Assembly (NCBI GenBank): GCA_046292385.1
Contig: JBKBRF010000023.1
Span: forward strand, 32,001-96,000
Direction of reading: 5' to 3'
Length of the DNA stretch: 64,000 nucleotides
Source: Armatimonadota bacterium
GTDB taxonomy: Bacteria > Armatimonadota > SYMT01
Shown piece by piece: positions 29,249 through 39,907 of the stretch. A program made the translations under genes and the position numbers. The notes beneath the pieces are model-generated. The model saw only the letters and a list, made by a program, of their open reading frames with translations. It was not told where the DNA came from and did not search any database. How positions within the stretch are numbered: the stretch's first letter is position 1; every line of letters starts with the position of its first letter.

Positions 29249-30199
29249 CTAGCCCACTCCGTTGCCGTAAGCCTGGTAGACCACCTCGACGGCGCGGACC
29301 CCGTCCTCCGCGGTCACGCGCGGCTGCGCCTCGCCCCGGATCACGGCGGCGAAGTGGCGGAGCTCCTCCACGAAGCGGCTGCGGGAGTCGGTCTCGATCG
29401 CGGTCCAATCGGCGTCTTCCGCGAGACGGAAGCGGGTGGCGCCGGTATCGTAGTCGATCACCGCGGCGCCGTGCTCGCCGTAGAGCTCCACCACGTTGGC
29501 GGACCATGGGGAGACCCAGCTCGCCTCGATGACGCCGATGGCGCCGTCCACGCCGCGGAGCAGCATCGCGGCGCTGTCCTCCACTTCTCGGATCTCCGGA
29601 TGGAAGCTCTGGGTAGCGCCCGCCGCCGTAGAGACCTCGCCCACCAGGTAGCGGAAGAGGTCGACGCTGTGGATCGCCGTGTCCATCAGCGCTCCGCCCC
29701 CCGCCATCTCCTGCCGGCTGAACCACTTGCTCTCCATGCCCTTCAGGAGTCCGCCGAAGCGGTTGCGGAACATCAGGATCCGCCCGAGCCGACCCTCCCG
29801 GATGAGGTCGCGCACCGCCTCGACCGGGGGGTGGAAGCGGTGGCAGAACGCCGTCATCAGCAGCACGCCGGCGTCGCTCGCCGCGCGCGCCATCTCCCGC
29901 GCTTCCTCCGGGCTGCGGGCCAGCGGCTTCTCGCACAGCACCGGCAGCCCGGCGGCGATCGCCGCCCGCGCGGCAGAGGCGTGGAACCGGGGCGGCGTGC
30001 AGATATCGACGGCGTCGAGCTGCTCCGCCGCCAGCATCTCCTCGATGCCGGGGTAGGCGGCCGCGCCCGCCGCCTCGGCGCGGGCCTGGTCCGGGTCGCA
30101 CGCGGCAACCACCCGCGTGGCCTCCACCTGGGCCCACGACCGCAGGTGCACGGCGCCGATCCCGCCGCATCCCACCACTCCAATTCGCAGTTCACTCAT
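29249..30199 (-). CDS. Gfo/Idh/MocA family oxidoreductase
   Basis: IGVVGCGGIG, LCEKP and GGGALMDTAIH motifs. Confidence 0.9.
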   Translation of the reverse strand: MSELRIGVVGCGGIGAVHLRSWAQVEATRVVAACDPDQARAEAAGAAAYPGIEEMLAAEQLDAVDICTPPRFHASAARAAIAAGLPVLCEKPLARSPEEAREMARAASDAGVLLMTAFCHRFHPPVEAVRDLIREGRLGRILMFRNRFGGLLKGMESKWFSRQEMAGGGALMDTAIHSVDLFRYLVGEVSTAAGATQSFHPEIREVEDSAAMLLRGVDGAIGVIEASWVSPWSANVVELYGEHGAAVIDYDTGATRFRLAEDADWTAIETDSRSRFVEELRHFAAVIRGEAQPRVTAEDGVRAVEVVYQAYGNGVG

Positions 30200-30378
30200 A
30201 GTGAGCAATTGTCTCACGACCGCCTGCACCTCCGGCAGTGAGCCGGACTGCGTTCTCTCCAGCGTTCAGTGAAACGGAGCGCTCCCGGAGGCGTCTCGAT
30301 GAGAGGCACGGCGCCTCCTCGCAGGTGACGGGAGAACCAGGGAGGCCACTGCGCCCCGGTACGAGCCAGGTACGACGA

Positions 30379-30684
30379 ATGGCTGCCCACTTCAGAGATG
30401 CGGCGATGCTGCTGGTGATGACCGGGATTCTCGCCTACTTCGCGGGCGGATTCGTGGCGGGCGTCGTCTGGTGCCGCGACTGCCACGGGCTGATTGGCAA
30501 TACGCTCGGGCGGCTCTTCATCGGGATCGTGATGGCGGTCCTCTCCGCTCTCTCCGGCGGCTTTCCACCTCAGAACGAGGCGGGAGTCGGCGAGCCCCGC
30601 AACGCCTGGCCGTTCATCCTCGGCTGCTGGGCCGTCTTCTTCGTCGGCTCCTTCCTCTGGCTCCGCCGCCAGCGGGGATCGTGA
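30379..30684 (+). CDS. Small membrane protein with a CxxC
   Basis: Three hydrophobic segments, WCRDC, and a GTGA overlap with the next gene. Confidence 0.6.
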   Translation: MAAHFRDAAMLLVMTGILAYFAGGFVAGVVWCRDCHGLIGNTLGRLFIGIVMAVLSALSGGFPPQNEAGVGEPRNAWPFILGCWAVFFVGSFLWLRRQRGS

Positions 30685-31658
30685 ACGCGCTTCGCTCCGC
30701 TGACCGCTCGATCGTCATCCGCCACATGTTCACGCGGCGCGAGTTAGCACGGGTCGACGCTCCGACGCTGCGTGGTGCGGAGCTTCGCGGCCAGAGCCTG
30801 CGGCGGGCGAACCTGCGCGGCCACTCCCCTCTCGGGGCGCTGTGGGTCTTCTGCACGTTCGGACCGGCGCTGTGGGCGATGCTCACGCTGCGAACGGAAT
30901 TGCTCCCGTCAGGAGCCGGGACGAGTCCGGTGGAGAGGGCTGTCGTGAGCGCGGTTCCGGCTGCGTTCGCGGCTTTGCTCACCTTGATTACGCCTTCCAT
31001 CGCCCGGCCCGTGATCTGGACCACGGCGGCAATTCTCCTCGGCTTCGTGGGCGGGGTGCTGGCCATCGCGGCCGGAGTGAGCCTCGGTGGGTGGGCGTGG
31101 CTGCCTGCTCTAATCTGCTGCGGCGGGTGCGCCTGGATCTTGCTGCGGACGCCCAAATGGTGGTGGTATTCCGGCTTCGACCGGCTCTGCGACCTGCGTG
31201 AAGCCGATCTGCGCGAGGCGGACCTCACCCGCGCGAACCTGGCGCGGGCTAACATGGCGCACGCCCGTCTGGATGATGCGACCCTCTCTCGTGCCAGCCT
31301 CTACAGCACAGCACTGGACGGAACCTGTCTTCGACGCTGCCTGCTGGAGGGCGCGGACCTGTCGCTGGGCCGGATCGACAACAGCGACCTGCGCCAGGCC
31401 TCATTGCGTAGGGCGCAGGCCTACCATCTCCGCCTCCGGCACTCGGATCTCGGCGGCTGTGATCTCACCGGCGCCATCCTGCGGGACGCTCGGCTGGAGG
31501 AAGTGGATCTCCGCGACGCGGTGCTCGATGGGGCGGATCTCCGCGGCTGCCGGCTGGAGCGGGTCCGGTTGGAGGGGGCGCGGTACTCTTCGAAGACGCG
31601 CTTCCCGCAAGGGTTCGACCCGGCGGCGGCCGGGATGCGCCTCTCCCACGCCGGCTGA
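30681..31658 (+). CDS. Pentapeptide-repeat protein with inserted TM segments
   Basis: A(D/N)Lxx repeats on both sides of a hydrophobic block. C-terminal ARYSSKTRFPQGFDP. Confidence 0.85.
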   Translation: MNALRSADRSIVIRHMFTRRELARVDAPTLRGAELRGQSLRRANLRGHSPLGALWVFCTFGPALWAMLTLRTELLPSGAGTSPVERAVVSAVPAAFAALLTLITPSIARPVIWTTAAILLGFVGGVLAIAAGVSLGGWAWLPALICCGGCAWILLRTPKWWWYSGFDRLCDLREADLREADLTRANLARANMAHARLDDATLSRASLYSTALDGTCLRRCLLEGADLSLGRIDNSDLRQASLRRAQAYHLRLRHSDLGGCDLTGAILRDARLEEVDLRDAVLDGADLRGCRLERVRLEGARYSSKTRFPQGFDPAAAGMRLSHAG

Positions 31659-31813
31659 GGGAGCTGCCGTCTGCGGCTCGGCACTCCCCCCCCGCGCCAT
31701 CCAAAGTTCATCCTCCGGTTACCTCGGGTTAACCGGCGCTTAATGAGGCGCGGTTACGCTAACCCTGCGACGCATTCAGGGGCCGAGGTTGGTTTCTCGG
31801 CCCAACGCTCCAA

Positions 31814-31866
31814 CGGCGGAGCTCCGGATCCTCACTGGATCTCCGGAGCGTCCGCCGATTTTTTTT
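31814..31866 (+). terminator. Rho-independent terminator
   Basis: CGGCGGA-GCTCCGGA...TCCGGAGC-TCCGCCG stem followed by an 8-T run. Confidence 0.75.
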
Positions 31867-32470
31867 GTTGGAGGCAAACGTGCAGTCAGTACGGTGCTGG
31901 GATTCGTTGGCGGGGAAGCGGGTCACATCGTCCCGGTGGACGCTCTGCGTGGCCGCGGTGGCGCTGCTGGGGGCTGTCGCCGCGGCGCCGGTGCGAGTTG
32001 GCGTAACCGTGGGCCATTCGATGGAGCCGGTGCTCCGGCCGGGCCAGCCGTTCCTCTTCGTCAGGCGGGACGGCGCAGCGGAGCCGGTCACACGCGGAGA
32101 GGTGGTGCTCCTTCGTTTGAACGGCCAGACGTGCGTCAAGCGGATCTTCGCCGTGGGCGGCGACCAATTCCTGAGCGTGCAGGCGGACAAGTATCCATAC
32201 CGCGGGACGCCGCTGCAGCTTGGGGAGTCGGCCCGGCGCTGGAAGCTGCGGTTTCCGCATCTCAGCATGAAGCGCGTGCGCGTGCCGCGTGGTACCGTCT
32301 ACGTCCTGGGAGACGGCGCATGGTCGCGCGACAGCCGGGACGTCGGCCCGATCCCGGTTTCGGACGTCCTGGGCAGGGTCCTGCTGCCGGGCGGGCAGGG
32401 CTCCGACCTCTGCCCCAACGCCCAGGCGCTGCGCGATCTGCCGCCGAAGCCGAGTCCGCATCGCTCCTGA
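31865..32470 (+). CDS. lepB: Signal peptidase I (S26 family), start uncertain
   Basis: GHSMEP (catalytic Ser), VKRI (catalytic Lys) and LGDG..SRDSR. Confidence 0.8.
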   Translation: MLEANVQSVRCWDSLAGKRVTSSRWTLCVAAVALLGAVAAAPVRVGVTVGHSMEPVLRPGQPFLFVRRDGAAEPVTRGEVVLLRLNGQTCVKRIFAVGGDQFLSVQADKYPYRGTPLQLGESARRWKLRFPHLSMKRVRVPRGTVYVLGDGAWSRDSRDVGPIPVSDVLGRVLLPGGQGSDLCPNAQALRDLPPKPSPHRS

Positions 32471-32633
32471 GCCGTCCGCGCCGGAGGAGAGCCGCGCGCG
32501 GCCGACCAAACTGGGGAAGGAGGCCGCCGGGCTCGGGTCCGGTTGGCCGCTTCCCTTTAGAGCCTATCCGAACAGGCCTGCCTGGCTGCGGCCAAGCCTG
32601 TCCCGGATCGGCTCTTAATTTGCGCAGAGAAGA

Positions 32634-33596
32634 ATGCGACTACTCACCTTCGAAGTGGCCGGACGCTCCCGCCTGGGCGCGGAGTGGAACGGCTTTATCG
32701 CAGATCTACAGAACGTGGCCGCGCTTGCGGACCTCGTGCAGTACGGCGCCGGCTCCGTGCCCGGGAGCATCGAGCGGTGCCCGTCGGATATGCTCTCCTA
32801 CCTCCAGGGCGGCGAGGCGACCCGCGCGGTGGCGAAGGAGGCGCTCGGCTTCCTCGACATGCTCCAGGCCGACGTGGTCGACTCCCTCGCCGGAAACAGC
32901 GCCCTGCTCTACCGGGAAGAGCAGATCCGCCGGCGCGCGCCGATCTCCAACCCGAGCAAGATCATCTGCCTGGGGCTCAACTACCGCGACCACGCGGAAG
33001 AGAGCGGCATGGAAGTGCCGACGGAGCCGGTGCTCTTCTGCAAGTACGCCACCACCATCATCGGCCCCGGCGACACGATCGAGCTGCCGCACGACAGCGA
33101 GGAAGTCGATTACGAGGCGGAGCTGGTCTTCGTCATCGGCAAGCGGGGCCGGCACATTCCCCAGGACCAGGCGCTCGGCTACGTCGCCGGCTATACCTGC
33201 GGCCACGACGTCAGCGCCCGCGACTACCAGTTGAAGCGCGGCGGCAACCAGTGGATGGTCGGCAAGACCTGGGACACCTTCGCCCCGCTCGGCCCGGTGC
33301 TGGTTACCCCGGACGAAGGGATCGACCCGGAGAGCCTGCCGATCCGCTGCGTTCTGAACGGCGAGACGATGCAGGACTCGAACACCAACCAGTTCGTATT
33401 CGGCATCGCGGAGACGGTGGCGTATCTCTCCCGGATCATGACCCTGGAGCCGGGCGACGTCATCTTCACCGGCACCCCGCCCGGCGTCGGCTTCGCCCGC
33501 AAGCCGCCGGTCTTCCTGAAAGACGGCGACGTCGCCGAGATCCAGATCGACGGCATCGGCAACCTGCGGAACCCGGTCTCCGCCGCGAAGCAGTAG
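32634..33596 (+). CDS. Fumarylacetoacetate hydrolase family protein
   Basis: KIICLGLNYRDH, DYEAEL, DVSARD and GDVIFTGTP motifs. Confidence 0.92.
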   Translation: MRLLTFEVAGRSRLGAEWNGFIADLQNVAALADLVQYGAGSVPGSIERCPSDMLSYLQGGEATRAVAKEALGFLDMLQADVVDSLAGNSALLYREEQIRRRAPISNPSKIICLGLNYRDHAEESGMEVPTEPVLFCKYATTIIGPGDTIELPHDSEEVDYEAELVFVIGKRGRHIPQDQALGYVAGYTCGHDVSARDYQLKRGGNQWMVGKTWDTFAPLGPVLVTPDEGIDPESLPIRCVLNGETMQDSNTNQFVFGIAETVAYLSRIMTLEPGDVIFTGTPPGVGFARKPPVFLKDGDVAEIQIDGIGNLRNPVSAAKQ

Positions 33597-33622
33597 GCAC
33601 GGGTTCAGCGTCCGTACAAGTT

Positions 33623-33650
33623 GATGGCCGGGGGTTAACCCCCGGCCATC
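33623..33650. terminator. 28-bp perfect palindrome between convergent genes
   Basis: GATGGCCGGGGGTTAACCCCCGGCCATC. Confidence 0.6.
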
Positions 33651-33673
33651 ACGTTTTCTTCTATCCCATGAGT

Positions 33674-34531
33674 CTACGCCGGCACGACCGGCGGCATCGG
33701 CTTGCGGCGCTTTTGCTGCCAGATCTCGATCACGTTGGCGATCGGTCCCACGGTGAAGAGCGCGTAGTACGGCGCATGGACGTTGCCGGAGAGCCGGAGC
33801 GCGCACTCCGCCGCCGCTACCAGGAACGCCACCAGCACCTGCCCGCTCTTGCTCTGTACCGTCGTCTTCGGATCGGTGATCATGAAGAAGATGAAGAGCT
33901 GGTACATCGGGCCGGTAATCGGCGCCACCGTCGTCGCGAACGCCTGGCCGGTGATCGCCGCCCGCAGCGCCGCGAAGAGCACGAAGGAGAGGGCGTAGGT
34001 CAGGCAGATGTGGAACCGCTTGAGGCGGTAGATGATGATCGAGCCGATGGCCCAGATCACCAGCATCGGCCAGTGGATGTTGCCCCACTCGCCGCTGAGC
34101 GTGTGGACCGCCCACGGCGCCACGATCAGCGTCATGGCGATGCCGAAGTTGGACGGGTTCCAGATGTGGCGGCCTTCCCACCGGATCACGTACTTCGACA
34201 TGATCGAGATCGCCGCGCAGAAGGCGTAGGGCCAGTAGACTCCCTCCGCGCGGAGCAGGATGCCGACGCTGATCCCGCTGATGTAGGCGCTGGCGAGGTG
34301 GGGCCACTTGCCGTAGTAGACCCGGCTGAAGATCAGCTCCGTCACGATCGAGGTGGCGATGGCGAGCAGAGTGCGGTCGAAGCTGACCAGCACGTTGAAC
34401 TGCCAGTTCGCCACCAGCAGGATCGCGGTGATGAAGATCGGCGCGATGTAGCGCTGGTCGAAGCCGCCCTTCCGCTTCTCGGGGATCGCCGTCGTCCCGG
34501 CGGGCGTCAGTGTGGTGGGCTCGGTGCTCAT
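33674..34531 (-). CDS. UnbU-like / RnfD-NqrB-like membrane protein
   Basis: SKYVIR...HIWNPSNFG and FFMITDPKT motifs, with many TM helices. Confidence 0.75.
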   Translation of the reverse strand: MSTEPTTLTPAGTTAIPEKRKGGFDQRYIAPIFITAILLVANWQFNVLVSFDRTLLAIATSIVTELIFSRVYYGKWPHLASAYISGISVGILLRAEGVYWPYAFCAAISIMSKYVIRWEGRHIWNPSNFGIAMTLIVAPWAVHTLSGEWGNIHWPMLVIWAIGSIIIYRLKRFHICLTYALSFVLFAALRAAITGQAFATTVAPITGPMYQLFIFFMITDPKTTVQSKSGQVLVAFLVAAAECALRLSGNVHAPYYALFTVGPIANVIEIWQQKRRKPMPPVVPA

Positions 34532-36303
34532 GCCGATTCCTTCACATGGTGCCGCTTCCCGATCTCGGGAGCTTCAAGCGTCTGCCGGGTGCCGGAGGGC
34601 CAGAGGATCTCGACCTTGTCGATCTTCTCCGCCTCGCCCAGGCCGAAGTGGAGCCGCCGGCTGTTCTGCGCGGCGAAGCCGCTGCCGCCGGAGACCTGCT
34701 GGAGCTGCACCTTGCCGTCCCAGTAGAGCTTCACCTGGGCGCCGATGGCGCTCCGGTTGCTCTTCGTTCCTTCCAGCTCCAGCTCCACCCACCGGTGCTT
34801 CGGCTCGGCGTCGTTCCGGTAGAAGAGCAGCGGGCCGCGCTGGTGCGCCACGGCGACGTCGAGCACGCCCCGGTTCTGGAAGTCGCCCATCACCACGGCG
34901 CGGCCGTCGAACGTCTCACTCACGCCGACCTGCGGCGCGATGTCGACGAAGCGCTTTCCGTCCTGGCTCAGCCAGACCTTCTTCGGCTGGTAGCCGGCGA
35001 GGGTGCGGTTGTTCAGGGCCGGCCAGTTCACGGCGTCGCTGATGATCGACCCGTGGGCGCCGGTGATTTGGGAGTAGTCGTGCCAGTAGCTGGAGCCGCG
35101 GTCGCCGGAGATGAAGCCGTTGGTGAGGAAGAGGTCGAGCCAGCCGTCGTTGTTCAGGTCGCCGAACTGCGCGCCGAACGCCCAGCCGCCCTCGGAGACG
35201 CCGAGCTCCGTCGCCCGCTCCTCGAAGCTCAAGGCGCCGCCGCCAGCGCCCTCGAGCGGCGACCAGAGGTTGTTGAGCTGCATCATCACGCCGCGCTCGC
35301 TGATGTTGGAGACGTAGGCGGCGAGCCGGCCGCTGTTGGTGATGTCGCCCAGGGAGACGTTCATGCCGCTGCGGGGATGGTCCGCGATGCCGACCGCCTT
35401 GCCGATCTCCCGGAACTTGCCGCCGTCGTTCGCGAAGTACTCCGCGTAGCCGTAGTCGTTGGCGATCACCAGGTCCGGGTAGCCGGTGCCGCGGAAGTCG
35501 CCGGCCATCGCCGCGAGCGCCCAGCGGTTGCTGTTGAGGCCGACCTTCGCGGTGACGTCTTCGAACTTGCCGCCGCCCGAGTTGCGGAGCAGGTACTTGC
35601 GGCCGCCGTTGGTGGCGTACTTGAAGCTGTCCGGCATGATCCGCGTGTCGCGCAGGCGGAAGAGGTCGACGTCCTCGCGGTAGTAGCCGCCGAGGAAGAG
35701 GTCGAGCCGGCCGTCACGGTCGTAGTCGAGCCAGACCGCGGAGTTGGCGTTCGCCCAGGCGGGAAAGCCCTGCACCTCCACGCGGGTCAGCTTCTTGCCG
35801 CCCTCGTTCCGGAACAGCTCCGGCCGGCCCCACTTGTAGAGGAACAGGTCCTCGAAGCCGTCGTTGTCGTAATCGCCCCAGACGGCGCCCATCGACACGC
35901 CGGTGCCGGGCTGGTTGACGTCCGCCACGCCCAGCTCGGCGGCGACGTCCTTGAACGTGCCGTCCTGCTGGTTGCGGTAGAGCCGGTTCTGGCTGCCCTC
36001 GGCGCTGTTGGTGACGTAGAGATCGTCCCAGCCGTCCCGGTCGAAGTCGACCACCGACGCCGCCGCCCCATACGAGGCGACGAGCGGCGAGATCTTCTCC
36101 AGCCGGGGGTCGAGCTGCGGCGCCTGGTGGGTGAAGTCGAGCCCCGCCTTGCGGGACGCCTCTTCCAGGCGGAAGCCGTACCGCTGGATCGCCAGCGAGG
36201 GATCTACCGCCGCGGTGGTCTTCATCTGCGACCAGACCACCGGCGCCGCGAGGACGCCCACGAAGACGATACTCAGCCCGATTCGCGCGACGCGATTCTC
36301 CAT
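34528..36303 (-). CDS. CRTAC1 family protein (FG-GAP/VCBS repeats + ASPIC/UnbV domain)
   Basis: Repeated D(F/Y)D.DG..DL motifs and C-terminal SNRSAIGA...GGSGF...LHFGLG...I.WPSG. Confidence 0.9.
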   Translation of the reverse strand: MENRVARIGLSIVFVGVLAAPVVWSQMKTTAAVDPSLAIQRYGFRLEEASRKAGLDFTHQAPQLDPRLEKISPLVASYGAAASVVDFDRDGWDDLYVTNSAEGSQNRLYRNQQDGTFKDVAAELGVADVNQPGTGVSMGAVWGDYDNDGFEDLFLYKWGRPELFRNEGGKKLTRVEVQGFPAWANANSAVWLDYDRDGRLDLFLGGYYREDVDLFRLRDTRIMPDSFKYATNGGRKYLLRNSGGGKFEDVTAKVGLNSNRWALAAMAGDFRGTGYPDLVIANDYGYAEYFANDGGKFREIGKAVGIADHPRSGMNVSLGDITNSGRLAAYVSNISERGVMMQLNNLWSPLEGAGGGALSFEERATELGVSEGGWAFGAQFGDLNNDGWLDLFLTNGFISGDRGSSYWHDYSQITGAHGSIISDAVNWPALNNRTLAGYQPKKVWLSQDGKRFVDIAPQVGVSETFDGRAVVMGDFQNRGVLDVAVAHQRGPLLFYRNDAEPKHRWVELELEGTKSNRSAIGAQVKLYWDGKVQLQQVSGGSGFAAQNSRRLHFGLGEAEKIDKVEILWPSGTRQTLEAPEIGKRHHVKESA

Positions 36304-36359
36304 AGCAGCTCCGTCCTACCGAATCGCGGCCACACCTGGTGACCGGCGGCCTCCGCGCG

Positions 36360-37379
36360 TCACTTCAGGGTGATGCTGGCGGGGCGAATGTCTTTCGGGA
36401 TAAAGCGGCGGTCGATCAGCTCCGACATCGGCACCGGCCGCTCCAGGATACCCGCTCGCAGGCCCATCTCCTGGATGCGGTTCAGCTCCTCATCCGTGGG
36501 GGTGAGCATCCGGTAGCTCACGCGGTTGCGGGGCTGCGTCAGGACGTGGCGCACCACTTTCTCATCCTGACGGAAATACGGTGCGGCGAGCGCGGCGGCC
36601 TCCAGCCGGTGGGTTTCCGCCCATTCGCCGGACTCCGCGATGCCCCGTACCAGGTCGGCCACCACCTGGGGCTTTTCCTTGATCACCCGCTCGGTCACCA
36701 CCAGGCAGCAGGAGATGAAGCTGGGCCACACGTCCTTGATATGGTGGAGCACCCGCCCGGTACCGTCCAGCTCCGCCCGCGCTGCGTGCGGCTCGCCGAT
36801 GATGTAGGCGTCGATCGCCCGCACGGCGAGCGCGCCCGGCATGTCCGGCGGCGGCATCTCGATGAACTTCACGTCGTTGGGTGAGAGCCCCCGGTCTTCC
36901 ATCAGCTTGCGGATCACCAGGTACTGGTTGCTGTACTTGCTCGGGATGGCGACCGTCTTGCCGCGCAGTTCGCCCACGTCCTTCGCAGTCGAGTCGCTGC
37001 GGACCATGATCGTGGTGCCGTCGCGGTGGCCCAGGTAGGCGATCTTCACCGGGACGCCCTGCTCCCGCAGCTTCATGGCGAGCGGCACGATCATGAAGGA
37101 GGCGTCGAGGTGACCCGCCTTGATCGTCTCCACCACGGTGGGAAAGTCTGTAAAACGCTGCGACTCGAACCGAGTCGTCGTGCTGGTCTTCGACGCGAAG
37201 TCGGTGACCGGGCACGTCAGGTGTCACGTCACCGGCAGGAAGCCGACCTTCAGCGTCTCCTTCGCCACCACCTGCGGCTCCTTCGCCGCCAGCGCCTCCC
37301 ACGGCCGGAACCGGAGGACGCCGATGCCGGCGTAGACCGCCGCCACCGTGGCCCAGACTTTGATGCTCGATCGGGTCAT
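36360..37379 (-). CDS. NitT/TauT-type ABC substrate-binding protein, probable selenoprotein (in-frame TGA at codon 52)
   Basis: GGGAG RBS, ATG at 37379, N-terminal TM, LKVGFLPVT-TGA-HLTCPV continuing in frame into ORF 36360..37136. Read-through gives 339 aa. Confidence 0.8.
37179..37216 (-). promoter_or_regulatory. Candidate bacterial SECIS hairpin
   Basis: CGTGC-CC-GGTC-AC-CGAC-TTCGC-GTCG-AA-GACC-A-GCACG, beginning 8 nt after the TGA. Confidence 0.65.
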
Positions 37380-37426
37380 GCTTTACTCCCGGACAACAGT
37401 TCTCGGATCCTTCTCGCCGCCCGTCC

Positions 37427-37764
37427 CGTGTCGGCCAACGCACCGCAGCTTGCCCCTGGCTCACGTTTCTTGCCGATGTGCCGCGTCAGCACCGCGGCTC
37501 CGACCCCGCGCCCTTGTGCCAGGAAGCAGCCCTCCCGCGACGACGGTCCTCCGCGCCCTTTTCACACTCCGCTGCGCTCCGTTAGCAGGGCGCTGCGGGA
37601 GTGCATCCCATCAGGCTCTGCCCGCGCCAACAACCGGGGCTCCAATCAGAGGCTCGGTTCACGGGCTGCCTCCTGGCCCTTCGAGCGAACCCCCCTGCGC
37701 CCAGGGGGGTTCACAGGTGCCGTCCTCCGCCGCAGCCTGCGGCTGCACCTCCGGACGCCTCGGA
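37427..37764 (-). ncRNA. Structured element family, copy D
   Basis: Colinear with copy B (GCTAACGGAGCG.AGCGGAGTGTGAAA, GTCGCGGGAGGGCTG, CACAAGGGCGCGGGGTCGG). 15-bp helix 37518-37532/37663-37677. Confidence 0.75.
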
Positions 37765-37813
37765 AACATGGTGGTCACCGACTAGGAGACCCCTTTCGGG
37801 AATCGCAGGTACA

Positions 37814-38200
37814 CGCGCGATGGCTACCAGCGGAGCCCGTAGGTTCTGCCGTAGGCAGAGCCGGAGGGTTCCCCTTGTGACCACCCCTGGCGAGGGGTGG
37901 TTGCTTGAGCCGGGGGGAGCGGCCCGTGAATCGCCGCGATGGTGCAGTCGCCGTGACCGATCGCGGCCCACAGCGGGACGGGGAGCACGCCCGGACCAGC
38001 CCGTTAGCCCGAAGGGCGTGGGAGGGCTGAGGGAGGGCCACTCACGCGGGAGGGCCGCTCCCCCCGGTGGGGGCACGGGGTGGAACTGCGGTGAGATGTC
38101 TTGCCCGAAAAGTGGCGGAAGGCCTCCTGCTCGGGAGGCTGGGCCCACAGACGGGGAACGGTGCACGTGGGAGCTGTCACGATCGTAAGACACGGCAACC
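37814..38200 (+). ncRNA. Structured element family, copy E
   Basis: Perfect 16-bp helix 37910-37925/38052-38067, colinear with copy C, ending in CGTAAGACACGGCAACC. Confidence 0.75.
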
Positions 38201-38204
38201 CTCC

Positions 38205-38946
<742 letters not shown>

Positions 38947-38957
<11 letters not shown>

Positions 38958-39717
38958 AACCCCACCGCACCTCCGGGAGCAGCGTGAGCCGCGCGAGCAG
39001 CCAGTCGAGCCCCATTCCGATCACTCCGATCACCACCATGTGGCAGACGAGCCAGTCGGTCCGCAGCGCGTTCCGGTCGTCCCACACCGCAAAGCCGAGG
39101 CCGTTGATGCCCGCGATCATCTCGGCCGCCACCACCACCATCCAGGAGACGCCGGCCGCTACCCGCAGCGCGGTGATGAACTGGGGCATGATCGCCGGCA
39201 GCGAGACCTTCGTGATCAGCTCCAGGCCCTTGTAGCCGTAGTCGCGGGCCACCCGGAACTGGACGGCCGGGATGTTCGCGACAGCGGCGCTGATCGAGAG
39301 CACCAGCGTGAAGAAGGTCCCCATGAAGATCAGGAAGATGGCGGGCGCATCCCCGATCTTGAACCAGAGCACCGCGAAGGTGATCCAGGCGAGCGGCGAG
39401 AGATTGCGGAAGAAGTTGACCGCCGGCAGCAGGGCGAGGCGCGCCAGCCGGGAGTGCCCCATCCAGAGCCCCACCGGCACGCTGAGCGCCACCGCCACGC
39501 CGAAGCCGATCGCCACGCGCCAGAGGGACGCGGCCACGTCGGTCAGCATCCGGCCGCTCCGCACCTCGTGCGCGAAGCCTTCCAGCACCGCCTGCGGGGG
39601 CGGGAACGCCGACTTCGGATAGATCCCGAGCGCGGAGACGACGCTCCATGCCACCAGCAGCACGGCAAAGACCCCGAGCGGCAGCAGCAGCGTTTGGGCG
39701 GATGCGCGTTCCTTCAA
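38947..39717 (-). CDS. NitT/TauT-type ABC transporter permease
   Basis: FPPP, SPLAW and VVAAEM..GLG motifs. TTG start with GGAG RBS. Confidence 0.9.
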
Positions 39718-39907
39718 GACTACGGCTCCGGTCGCGGGGGGAAAGCGGGCGGCGCGACGACTTCGACATACGTTGTTACGGGCCCCAACCGGGGCGGTCC
39801 TCCACCGGCGGCGGTCCCTTAACCGTTTCTAATGCCCGCCCTCCCCACGAAAAAAGTTCCTCCGCGCAGCGTCACGCCGCAACCGGGCCGCGCGTACCGG
39901 CTCTGAA

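Noticed and set aside
36562..37464. Frameshift or pseudogene explanation for the SBP gene using the 300-aa alternative-frame ORF
   Set aside because: The N- and C-terminal SBP parts are in the same frame, separated only by one TGA. The alternative ORF is Arg/Gly-rich shadow sequence.
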